NCBI GenBank assembly: GCA_965644295.1
Contig: CBFFRP010000373.1
Location: 186,001 to 250,000, forward strand
Source of the DNA: Paraphysomonas bandaiensis
Taxonomy: Eukaryota > Protista > Chrysophyceae
Direction: 5' to 3'
Length of the DNA stretch: 64,000 nt
The notes below the pieces were generated by a model that was not told the DNA's origin, searched no databases, and was given only the letters and a program-made list of their open reading frames with translations. Shown here piece by piece: positions 45,775-57,635 of the stretch. Position numbers and translations under genes: made by a program. Numbering within the stretch: the first letter of the stretch is position 1; each line of letters starts with the position of its first letter.

Positions 45775-47839
45775 CTATCCTCCGATAGAATTGGCTGTAG
45801 AAGATTTAGCTCTATCCTTCGTGCTCACAGGACGATCAACTGCTCCCATGAGCTGCCGCACCTTGTAGTTCTTATCGAGCTGGTCCATTTCATTAGCAAG
45901 GCCAAACTCCACTCTCAGGGTATGAGACGAAACGAAATCCCTACATATATATATAGTTCAGATATCAAAAAACAGTACACAGGATATCTAGTACCAGTTG
46001 TCGAAATACTTCTGCTGAGACAGGGTGCAGTTTTTACGTAACCAGTTTGTCTTACCGAGATCCTCCATCATCTGATTGAAGCTCTCGTACATGGGTACAT
46101 CATTGATAGACGCAAGATCAGGAAGGAAGGGGGGTTCTTGGTGCTTTGTCACGAGCTTATCCCAGTCGATACCCTCGAAGAACACATGTGCTTTGACATT
46201 TTCTAATCCGTCAGGACCATACCCCAACCTGTTCGTTTCACTTACGTTCAACAGGTTGCGTATAAAATCTGCAGCCACAGGAGATATATACCGGGGAAAG
46301 ACAATATCTTCAAAAAGCATGGAATACTCCGGAAATTCCTTCTTTGGGGCCGGGAAGAGGCTGTCATCATCAGCCATACCGGTGGGTGCACGCTGCTCGA
46401 ATGGCTTGTACCCTGTAAGTAGCTTGAAAGTGGTGATACCAAGACTCCACCAATCCACAGCATTCGTATATCCACGGCGCTCCGAGGAGCTCTGGTTCAA
46501 CATAATTACCATTTCAGGAGCCATATATCCAAAGGTTCCCATCACACTCATGCGCCGCTTGATGTGACCCGAGCGCGAGTCATCAATGGTAGATGTAGAA
46601 GTATTACCCGCCCCCTCTTTCGGGCCAAATTTTGTGGAGAATAGGGGATGAACGAGTTCTGACTTTTTGCCTAAGGTCTTGCCCTCCTGGTCAACTACTC
46701 CACCCAAATCTGCCAATTTTATGTGGCCGTCCGCATCGAGGAGTACATTGTTCGGTTTAAGATCGCGATACATAAGTCCCATAGAGTGAAGATGGCCCAG
46801 GGCAAGAACCACCTCAGCCGCATAGAACTTAGTACGCACCTCGGAAAGTCTGTTTTGAGGGGCAGAGTTTAGAGCCTGTTGCAAATCTCCAGCTATTCAG
46901 AAAAAAAGTCATAAGATATATATGCGCGGTTCATGCTTCACAGTCATACCTGTGCAGAGTCCAAGCGCCATGATTACGAGGTTATCTGTCTGGAACGCAT
47001 AGTCAAGATTTATAATGAATGGGTGCTGACAACTGGCGAAAGCCTGTTTCTCGAAGTCGACACGTGTCATGTCGTCAGAATAACAGTCCAAGAGCCCAAG
47101 CTTCGTCTGAATTTTCATAGCGTAATGTTTTCGAGTAGTCTTTTTCTGGCAGTGCACGACGAACCCAAACCCGCCTTCGCCTAGCTTCTCAAAATACCAG
47201 AAGTCGTCCACTTTTACGCTGTTGTACTTCATCTTGAACGCTGTACATTATACATAAGCTATATAATTTAAATAATAATATATACTTACTCTTCTTCAAC
47301 TGAGAATATTCTTCCGTTGCTTTGAACCGCTTAAATGTATTTTGATATATGTCCACAAAACACTGCATCTGAACCTTGTCGTAAAAGTCTGAAGGTAGGA
47401 GCTTCGGATTCGATGCACTCTCCATTAGCAAATCGTGATACCTTTGTCTGTCGTCGGGGTCAATGCCGCCGAATTCTAACACGGCCCCAGTTTTAATGTA
47501 CTTCTGGTGAATATGTAGTGCCTTGCTTCTTCTGTACTGGAACGCATCATCAGGGATCGTTTTAAATTCCTGTAGATCTACCCAGCACATAAAAGACTCA
47601 TGAGCGTGATTCTGTTTCGCATAAGTGCCGATTGAGTGCTGCCCTAGAGGCTCATCCAACAGAGTACGAAGTTCTAAATGTCCCGGATCTACTGACTTAG
47701 CAAGCGTTCCATCTGCTCTAAACTTCCCCCTAGCCTCTTCTATACTTGGAAGTAGTTTCCAATGATGAGACACTTCGACTTCATCGCTCTTTCCTGTTGT
47801 TGCAGGAGCTGTATTTTGAGAAGATGAACCCGATCCCAT
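45775..47839 (-). CDS. GRK-like AGC kinase with N-terminal RGS/RH domain, 4 exons
   Basis: Introns at 47241-47289, 46893-46949 and 45941-45994. RGS-like ESFMCWVDLQEFK..ALHIHQKYIK; kinase LGEGGFG, YAMK, YRDLKPNN, ADLG (GRK-type DLG), GTFGYMAPE, AGC tail PPFLP; N-terminus MGSGSSS. Confidence 0.9.
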
Positions 47840-49324
47840 TATGTTAGATGATCCTCAGCACAACAATACCCTTCTTCTAGCACTTGTCAGTCCTTCGTTG
47901 TTGTCTGTGTATAAGGGTACAGTAAGTATCTGAGTGTATGAATGAAGTAACAGACGGTTGCATATTGAGCGAGTAACCCCCACCAAGGGCAACACGCTCC
48001 TGTATAGTAAATTGTATGCATATCATACAGCACCGAGTACCGGAGTACATACATGGTCATACGACTCATCTCCACTCTCATTTTTGTCACTGACGCACAC
48101 ATTCTTTAGTAGAATACAGCGTATTCAAGACGGACTACTGCTGTTCCGCATCCATGCATGTACAGAGTATCCATACATCTTTAAGTGTGTTGTCCAGAAT
48201 TCTGCGAGCTTGTTCGTCAGCTCAGTTTCGCTGTTGGGCTCGTACGATTCGATACAGTTGGCCCACTTAATGTATTGCTCTATACGCAATGAACGTGCCC
48301 TGTGGGCTGACAATGTTCTTTGTAGTCGCACTGCACGTTTGCTTTAGTAGGGTTTTAGCGCTGATCACGCACGAGTCAATTGTTTCTTGTTATTGTACTT
48401 TATCGACCGAAGTAATAGACCACTGTTGAGTAGTTCATTCCAAGTGCTGACCCCCCTCGAAGTGTGTATGAACGGCTTTCTAGAAATTCACGAAGTAGGA
48501 ACAGTGAATTAAATCCATTATAATTCGACATACCGAAGTATGTTCCATGGAAGGTAGCTGTGAAAGCGCTTGTTCGAGATCATTTCCGGGAATGATACAA
48601 GCCCATCAACCCCTCTGAATGAGAGGTTTCGGTGCACCTTCCTATATATTAAAATCACATGCTCCTCTCGAGCCAGCATCACCTATGAGCATGATTAATA
48701 GACTAAAACCTGAGTCATAGGGCTACTATTCAATTGTTCCGTATGGTATGCTCTGCATCATGGTAATTGTCGGTGTATCTGAAAGACAATAGATTGAGTT
48801 AGATATATTCTGATTAATCATTTAAAAAATAATTTTAAATAATATTTCAGTACTTACTTTCATACTTATACCAATATGTTCTCGGAAGGGCTCCCTCCGA
48901 ATTCCCACAATCACTGTACAATGTAAAAGACTTGTTTTAAATCAGCTAGCTCAATAATCTGTTCTTACACAACTGTCCGACCGACGAACACTAATGTATG
49001 TAGCTAGGAACACCCTATACGCCAGTATACTGTATAATTTATATCGTTGCAACCGAGAACAGTGTCGTAAAGCTAGAGTTGTAAGAAAGCAATACATCTT
49101 GAGTAAGATACGTGTATAGTTTGTACAAATGTTTGAAAAAAGTGTGAATCCATCCCACTTTCAATTCATGAAAATGCGACTTTCTATAAAAAGTTGCAAG
49201 CTTATAAATCATATATAGTATTATATTCTATGTTCATCAAAGTTATTGTCAATGTATGGTTAATAAGTTTACAAGTTTACAATCAACTTATCAAAACAAT
49301 TGCAAAATAAAGTAAGAACATGAG

Positions 49325-50497
49325 TCATCTCAAATTTACAAAATCGACATGCTCTGATGCCATAATACGGTTTATCAAACCCGTAGAAAACTCCCAAAGC
49401 TCCACAGCTAATGTATCAGAAGACGATGGTAAGCTCACTTTAGCCCATTGTGGCTGTGCAAATGGTCCTATCATTTCAAAACACAACCAATCTCTGTACA
49501 TTTTGTAGGGAACTACGTATGGAACCAGAGGATGTCCACAGAAGTTTTCTGCCTTTCTCTCACGGTGATGTTTTTGGGGAAAAGTAGGAATTGTTGAGGT
49601 TGCCGCAAAAACTGACGTAGCGGACCCTTGATCCACAGTAAGGTACAATGCCCGCATGAACAGATCATAGGGTGCATGGACAAGTGAGGGCACTGACCGC
49701 CATATATCGCTCCTAACTGCACCTGGATTGACACTGACAGCTGATATGATTCCACCTGATTGATCACCGGATTGCTCATAGTATCTCTTATTTATAGCTA
49801 AGGTCAGAAGATTCATATAGAGCTTAGAATCCGAGTAATATGAATATCGAGGTGCAAATATACCTCTAGGATAACGTGAAAAGGCGCTCATTTCAAAGTC
49901 CGGCTGACCTGTGTGATGTGTAACACTTGATAAGTTTACAACTCGGGCCGAAGCTGCACGAAGCAAAGCTGGCTCCATGAGACGGAAAAGGAAGTAGTGA
50001 CTAAGATAATTTACAAGAAATAGTTTTTGCAACCCATAACTGGTGGGGCCTGGAGTATTAATGCCGCCGTTGTTTATAAGAACATCCAATTTATTGTACT
50101 GGCTATTAAACTGCTTGGAAAAGCGCCAAACTGAAGGCAAGGAGGACAAATCAAGAATCATATACTCGATTTTACCCTTGGTGGAATGAGGAAATCTTAG
50201 TCGAGAAGTTGTTTTAATTTCAGTCTGAATATCACGCACAGCTTGCGTCGCCCTGCTTTTATCACGACATGCGATTATAACATGCGCTCCACGGAGACAC
50301 ATATGGAGGGCTGTCCTCTTTCCAATTCCTGTGTTGCCACCAGTAACAATGCATAACATACCGCTCATATCACTACTGCGAGTGCCATCGAGATTAGAAG
50401 CTTCAGCTCTGTAAAATAGGTGGCAAACCGGAATCGTGATCAACCCTAGAGAAACTGCAACGATTCCATGTACCAGAAATTCAGAGAAAGAAAACAT
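49325..50497 (-). CDS. Short-chain dehydrogenase/reductase, RDH11-14-like, with N-terminal membrane anchor
   Basis: TGGNTGIG, LDLSSL, LDVLINNGG, RVVNLSS, YSDSK (YxxxK), VNPGAV. Confidence 0.92.
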   Translation of the reverse strand: MFSFSEFLVHGIVAVSLGLITIPVCHLFYRAEASNLDGTRSSDMSGMLCIVTGGNTGIGKRTALHMCLRGAHVIIACRDKSRATQAVRDIQTEIKTTSRLRFPHSTKGKIEYMILDLSSLPSVWRFSKQFNSQYNKLDVLINNGGINTPGPTSYGLQKLFLVNYLSHYFLFRLMEPALLRAASARVVNLSSVTHHTGQPDFEMSAFSRYPRGIFAPRYSYYSDSKLYMNLLTLAINKRYYEQSGDQSGGIISAVSVNPGAVRSDIWRSVPSLVHAPYDLFMRALYLTVDQGSATSVFAATSTIPTFPQKHHRERKAENFCGHPLVPYVVPYKMYRDWLCFEMIGPFAQPQWAKVSLPSSSDTLAVELWEFSTGLINRIMASEHVDFVNLR

Positions 50498-50917
50498 GAC
50501 ACTGGAACGACAGAGTTTATTCTTTCAACCGAACAGGTTTACTGGAAGCAAATGTGTGGGTGGAGAATCTATTGCTTGTATATTATTTACTGGAAGCAAA
50601 AAAAACATAATCAGATTGCACTGTGTGCTGTATACTATTCTCATGTACAAAGTGCATAGAATACGTACTTGGACTGTAGGCTTTTTAGATTGCTCTTGTG
50701 TTGAAACCTTGTGCCTGTTACCTACAGATGTGCAGTGCATTGTATCATACGAAGTATATACAAACTGTCTGAATCTTCATACTTAAACAGAATGCCTTTC
50801 AGCACCATAAGGGTAGTTTCAACGGCAGGTGTATACGATCACAGTAGACCGCAGCCCAAGGCGTAATTACTCCATAACTCAGAGTGTGATCGGTGTATAT
50901 TTCCGATTGTTGTTATT

Positions 50918-52906
50918 ATGTTTGAAGAAATATTTTATAGTATAAATCTACTTGTTTTTTATTTCTGGTTGATTCCTTATATTGGTGGGAATATTGCTGA
51001 TAAATGTACGCGAAATTATGAATGTAGGTACCTCATACAACCGAACTGGGTTGGCTATAACGTCGACCTTGGCGACAACCAATGGCGAGAGTTTAAATCT
51101 ACACTCCCTCTTCTGTGTTTTGCGGCAATTTTTGTGACACTCCTGCACAAAGCTGTCAGAAAGTCGAGCGCACTTTTATTTCATGGGAAAGATGGAGAGT
51201 TAACCACTCTCTATCACTTTGTAGTTGGGTTTGTTATTCTAGTTGTGCAACATGGCTGGCACTCTATCATTGTGGTTGTGTTGATATGCGGAACCTACGG
51301 TGTATGCCGCGCTGCAACGAGATTTGGACGTATGTACGCGTATACTTCTGTATGGGCTTGCGCTTTAGGAATCATCTTTCTCAAAGAATCGTACAGGATA
51401 CAACGATACCCAGGGTTTGAGGTGCTTCAATATTGCGATCTGTATCTTTTAAATAATATAGTATACAGATGATTCGTTACATGTTTGATAGCCGGTTTAG
51501 TGGACTCTACAGGTACGTTTTGTTCACGGGCAGGTATCTGTCAATTGCCTTTTACGTCGTTCATTTCGTAGATGGAATCTTCCTGCGAATTTCTTGGTTT
51601 TGCGTTTGGTGTCATATTGCATGGACTTTTGTTGGGCTGTTTCCGATCAGTCGGAGAAATCAGATTTCACTCGAAATGAACGAATTGATTATAAAAACAG
51701 AAAGAAGGATCAATGTAAACTCTCTGTTAGCTCCGAAGATCATCGTCCTTTTGATGAATACAACCTTTTGAACTGTCTCTCGTATTGTTTGTATGCCCCA
51801 CTGTATGTGGCCGGACCGATAATAAGTTTCAACTCGTATATGGCTTTTGTAAATTCTCCCCAAACTAAGGAAAGTGAGTACCATAATTTACCAGACTGAG
51901 AGAGTTATATTGATATGGTAGGTGCACCGCTTTATGCACTGCGGTGGTGTTTGGCATTTGTTCTTATGGAGGTCGGAACTCACATGTATCCTGTATTTGC
52001 TGTTGTGCGCTCAGGTAAGAATGCTCATGTCGACAATGCAATCACAATTATTTATTTATTTGTATACAGTTATCTCAAGTTTTATTAATCTAATGCTGAC
52101 ACGACAGGACTATATTTTCAATTACGACCCTCAGAAATGGCGGTTTTGGCATATCTCATATTGAAGCTGATGTGGCTTAAATTTTTGCTCATATGGAGGT
52201 TTTTCCGACTTTGGAGTTTGGCTGATGGGGTCCTTGTACCAGAAAATATGCTGAGATGTATGTCAAACAATTGCTCTTTGGAACAGTTTTGGAAGGGCTG
52301 GCACTCATCTTTCAACCAGTGGATAGTAAGGTAGGTTGTACGCCTTCCATATATCTATCTACCTTGCCTATGGGTTCACTGCCTAAATACCGTGCATTGC
52401 ACTCTATGTCCCTGTGCACTGAGTTGCTCACAGGTATATGTATAAACCTATGGGCGGGCGTCATAGTCGCATGGTAAATGTTTTCCCCATATTTTTTTTT
52501 GTTGCCATATGGCATGATATTGAGCCAAAGCTTATACTCTGGGGGGGGCTTAATTCTATATTCTATATCTTAGAGGTATTTACAGTGTATTATTGTTCCT
52601 TGTGTACGTACTGAAGATACTTCTTTTCTCTAGGCCAGTGGGCGGCATATTCACAAGGCATATATACAACGAAATGTGTCCGCACGTTTTTGCTTTGTTA
52701 TCGAAACATTGTCTTCTGCGTCATATATTGTGATTTTAATTGCTGTGAATCTAATTGGTTATGCTGTCGGTGCCGATGGAGTTCGCGGAATCGCTGTACG
52801 ATTATGCTCTAGGGATGGCCTGTTTACAGTGATTGGAAGCTTTTATTTTTTATCCATAGGGGTCTGCGTAATGAAGTATCTGAAAACACACAACATATCC
52901 AAGTAG
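50918..52906 (+). CDS. MBOAT O-acyltransferase, GUP1/HHAT family, multi-exon
   Basis: DLGDNQWREF, YAPLYVAGPIISFN, WLKFLLIWRFFRLW, PENMLRCMSNN, FWKGWHSSFNQW, catalytic FVAIWHD. Confidence 0.9.
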
Positions 52907-53144
52907 TGTAAATTAATAGCATCTCTATTTTCCTGTACCGATTCATATATGCCTATTGACTTATCTGTCTGCTTATGGCCAGAACTTTTCAGAGACCAGA
53001 TTTTTATATCTAGTCAAATTATTACTTTAAATTAATCTATATAGAACAAGCGTTTGATTACGTCTTACTTGTAAGAGCGAGAGGTTTCAGAAATATGCCA
53101 TAAATTTAATGACTTACGATGCTGGTGGCACCTTTAGAGCACAC

Positions 53145-54216
53145 CAGGGCCTGGTAACCGTTAATGGTAGTGCCATTAATGGTAGTGCCATAATAATTGC
53201 CGGGAACTGGACTACCATTAATGGCCCATTAATAGTTACCACTGGTTGTTATTCTTCATATTTCCAATAGGTATTCAGGCCTGGTGGACAAGTTGACTGA
53301 TTTGTGCCGACAGCTACGAACTCTGAAGAATGCTAGTAAGCTCCGTAAGAAAGGTCTTCTCTGTGCATTAATGAAACAAGATACCAGGCCGGTGGGGCTC
53401 CACATTAATTTGCAATGATTGGCCGCTACTTGCTTCTATCTAATCATTTGCGATCATGCGAGTTTGGTTCCGACGTGTTAAGTCTAATACCAAGTGAAAT
53501 GGAGCATGCCAAGCTCGTGCAATTACGGGAGGAATTGGAAATCTTTCAACTAGTGTCCATACAATTACAGAAGGAATGTGAACACCAGCTCGACCTCCAC
53601 GACGTTCGCATATTGTTTGACTAACTCATCATTAGGCACCCTATTGTCGAGCGTCATCTGGACAGCAATGCCGCTATTATTCAGAACGCTGTTTTCGAAA
53701 AAAGGCAGTCGTGAAGATTCAATGTGGCAATGAAGCTGCACTAACTCGGACGGAAAAGGATCAAATTAAAATATTTTTGCTCGATGAGGATGAAGAAGAT
53801 GATGACAGTGAGAGTCTAGTTCAGAATGACGACGCAGCGCAACGTTTGATTGATGATAGCAGACAGCGGAAGCGAGCACGTCTTGACCAGCAAACTCGTT
53901 ACCGCAGCATAAGCACTTGCATGCCACAACCAATAAGGTTGAAAGGTTGTTCAGTAAAGCTAAGATTGTTTTGACGGACTTGTGCAAGAGTATGACTCCT
54001 CGGCATTCGGAGTTACTGATGTTTTTACGCATGAACCGTCGCCTCTGGAATGAAAAGACAGTGTTGAGGTAGCTGTATTGGCAGTTAATGTAGTTTAGTA
54101 TTAAATAATTGCAATTAATTGTAATAATTGAAATTGAAACAGCAAGTAATAATTGCAATTATAATTGACTACAACCTGCGTCGTTTGAATTGACAATTAA
54201 TTGACACGCAGCCCTG
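53145..54216 (+). mobile_element. Internally deleted, decayed hAT DNA transposon
   Basis: Termini CAGGGC...GCCCTG; exact 8-bp TSD GAGCACAC (53137-53144 / 54217-54224); frameshifted transposase with RWGST..MIGRY and hAT C-terminal TTNKVERLFSKAKIVLTD..LMFLRMNRRLW. Confidence 0.9.
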
Positions 54217-54392
54217 GAGCACACATCAATTCCTACACCGAAAACCCTACATCTTTCTATTGTAACCTATTTCCTATTTGTGACAGTATAGAACGAAGGA
54301 TGTAAGATACAACAAGTGGGTGCACTTTCAAGCTTTCAAGCATGTATCTCGGCATAAATGAAATATTGGCTTTACTTGTTTACACATTTCTG

Positions 54393-55026
54393 CCCCCTCA
54401 ACAAAGTTTGAGGGGATAAGCACCGGAGAGATTTCCACGGGAACTAATGTGAGCCGCATATATATATAATATATAGATATATAGTCAGCAGATAATATTT
54501 TGCCCACTCATAGTCATAATATGCTTGTGTGATGCAACAAGGGACACTAATAAAAGTGTCACTTGTGTAGCCGTCTGATACTTACTCTCACCCCCTCAAC
54601 AAAGTCGGACTTCCACCTTTTCGTGGTGTTCTGGGGAACAGGTACCGGAGATATTTCTCCGGGAAACTAACGTGAGCCGCATATATAGTCAGCAGATACT
54701 TTTCTGCCCACTCATAACCAAATGCTTGTGCGCAGTGTCACTTGTGTAGACGTCTTTGGGGCTTGGCGAATAAGCAGGCACCGGGGACTGGGCCCACCTG
54801 CCGGGCATCCGGGGTATTGGGCTGCCTACTGAAGTCAAGCATCAGGCTGTTCACCTTAAGGACAGATAGCGAAAGTGGTTCACCTTGGTGCTTGCGGTGA
54901 CGCACAAGCAGCTTTCGTAGTGTTAAATAGTAGGATATCAGAGTTAAGCACTAGTTAGTTAAATTGTTTTGCTACATTAGTTCTGACTCTTACACGCCTA
55001 ATGTTAATAATCAGACATTCACTACA
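54393..55026 (+). repeat. Hairpin-rich dispersed repeat: partial copy D (54393-54576) in tandem with copy C (54591-55026)
   Basis: Both start CCCCCTCAACAAAGT and share GAGCCGCATATATAGTCAGCAGATA and TGCCCACTCATA blocks. Confidence 0.88.
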
Positions 55027-55153
55027 TTTCTACCCTTACCACTATTAGTGATCGATTCGCGGGATATTGAAAGGATTATTCGATCGAAAATTATACGAGA
55101 GCAAATTCAACGTCTCCATCTTCCAATTCGCACTCTGCAATCATACCCAGCCT

Positions 55154-57039
55154 TTAAGGAATCTTTTCGATCGGGTGAGGAAACACTGATTTGTTTCTAC
55201 AATCGCACGCTCTTTTCGGCCACATTTCCCCAAGCCCAATACCCCAATTCCAACTAGCTGTGTCGAGAATCTGGAACCTTATGTTGTGTCTGACACTACT
55301 TGTGTTTAATTGCACCTTCCCAATCTGTTGCGGCATTTCTATCAAGAAAATTTTTCAGCTCTTCCGCTGGGAGAAAATGTGATATATAATGCTTGTTACC
55401 TGCCATCACGGCCAGTCGACGGCTTCTGACCACGCTAGCTAGCATCTCCTCTGCTCTTTTACGGTGTTCCCAACTACCCCTTCATGTCCCTTGACATTAT
55501 CCAAATCTTTAGCAGCTGCTGCTAATTGCAGCATTCTCTTATAACCTGTCCCCCCTATGACATCCGAGGCAACCACGCCTTGAAATTGAGACGCCTTACT
55601 GATACGTTGCTCTAATACATGATGCTCTTGCTGCTCGCGAGCCCTTACATCGTCACGGGTTGTCCCTGTCCCTGCGGTTGAAGTAAACTGCACGGGCAAG
55701 TTTATATCACCGACCCGCTTGTCAGTCGATTCTATCCCTACCTCGACTTTATTTGTTGGTGTTGAATTCTCTTCAGCCAGGGTAAGAGCAGGACCCCACT
55801 TGCTTCTTCGTATTCTCTTTGGTTTATTGGGCGTTGTCCCAGTATGGTTGTGATTTTGAGTGTGAGCAGGAAGATCGATCACTGTAGTCGAAGCTTTATC
55901 TCCAGTGATAATATTTGTAAAGAGTGTTTCTTCTCGTCTCTCCTCCAGCGTTTCCGCCCCGCATAAACTGCTACCCTCGCTGTTTTTTTCTTGTGCTTTT
56001 AGTCTCGCCAACTCGCTCGCAAATATTCGCCCAGCAGTGGTATCCGGCTCGACAAGGAAACGCATCTTGTCATCACCTTTAGACTTTTCTATCAGGTAGT
56101 GCAGTTTAGCAGAGTTATTTGAAGCCCATGCCGCAGTTTTTCTGATAACTTTCATCTATGCAGAAAACAATTCAGACCTACGGTGGCTTATCACGTAGCA
56201 GTACATACCTGAGTATCAGAGAGTGTGTCTGTCGTATTCCGCTGCAAACTCGTGTGCAGTCGTTCTGAGCACACATTATCATCCTCTTTTGACACCTCCC
56301 TAGCCTTCTGTGTCGGTTTCTCGTATTCATCGTCGTCTCGAAATGCATTGAGTTCCATCTTCTTAAGCCGCGGCCCAGAAACCCGGGCTCCAGTAATGTA
56401 CTTTCGTTTCTTCCTGTTTTCTGCTTCAATGCGACGCATATGTTCCAATCGTGCCTTCTCTTCCCGTGCTTGAATCTCTTCAAGAGATTCCCTTGGAGGT
56501 TTAGGAATAGGTGGAGGGGGTGGGGGTGGGTTGTCATCATCGCTCCTTACCATGGTTGGGCTATATGCAATATCATCTCTCGAACGTTTTGCTTGATATT
56601 GGTCATCTTGGGAAGATATCGAAGGCGGCGGTGGAGGAGGAATTGTAGAACTGGGGGGAGGGGGGATAGCATGTGGTGGAGACGGCGGGGGCGGATCGGG
56701 GACGAGAGATTGGGTCGGCTCCTGTCCTCGCGCGGTTGGTGGAGGTAGAGGGGGTGGAGGCACTGGGGAAAAATCACTATAATCCCAGGTATTATTTCGC
56801 ATTTGAGTATAACATATTTGAGCCTGTGTCTGATTTCCATTATGTTGAACATGATACTGAGAAGTTTGTGTCTGAATCGAAGAGTCATATGCAGCTTGTG
56901 ACTGGCACTGTGTTGCGGTATAAAGAGCACCATGAGAGTAGTGCGCTGCTAAATACTCAGATGATCCATAATGAGGCATTGCGTATTCGGATATACCAGG
57001 TGGCTGGTAATGCTGCTGAAAATAGTTGTTGGGATCCAT
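55154..57039 (-). CDS. SUGP1/SF4-like SURP and G-patch splicing factor; 3' region frameshifted
   Basis: ATG at 57039; Pro-rich region; intron 56156-56208; SURP-like VIRKTAAWAS..MRFL; RRSKWG. GSWEHRKRAEEM and KHYISHFLPAEELKNFL are in a second frame, and G-patch-like NIRFQILDTASWNWGIGLG is in a further shifted frame. Confidence 0.7.
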
Positions 57040-57635
57040 GCAGTTCTTAAACTGTATGTACAAGTGTGAGATATATGGCTATTAAAATAGTAAAGTCTGG
57101 TTTAGAATGGAAAGAAATCAGTCATTTCCAACACAATAGCATGCAGGATTGTGTAGAGTAATGATAGAAACTATTGTTTCTGCTGCACGACGACGCAGCA
57201 ACATACTGCAATATACCAAAATATATATAAGAGAACAATGTAGACGGCACGTCCGACGTCTGCAGAGTATATGCTGCGATGTTAAATACTACGTCGTAGG
57301 AATTCCTACAGCAGTATATCGCCCCTACGTCATTCTCATGTAAAAGGGAAAAACAGGCCCACAGTGCTCGACGTGAGGACTGCTGGAACGGAGGTTTCAG
57401 GCAGATCTCTCCTTTGGCGTTAAAACTCCATTGTCCTCAACACTGTGATAGATATGCTGCAATACAATGAAGTAGATACTTAGTCAACTATGTATGTATT
57501 CGTACCATGGATTCATTGATTATATATTTCCATGAATGAGTGTCTGTTCGATATGTGTCATCTGAAGTTTATTATACCTTAATAAAACCAACAGTAAGAA
57601 TTTGCTAAAAGGTACAGTTAGAGGCTTAGATACCA

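Noticed and set aside
57340-57450. U5 snRNA (ATCACAG start and long stem on the minus strand)
   Set aside because: The invariant loop GCCTTTTAC and a proper Sm site are absent.
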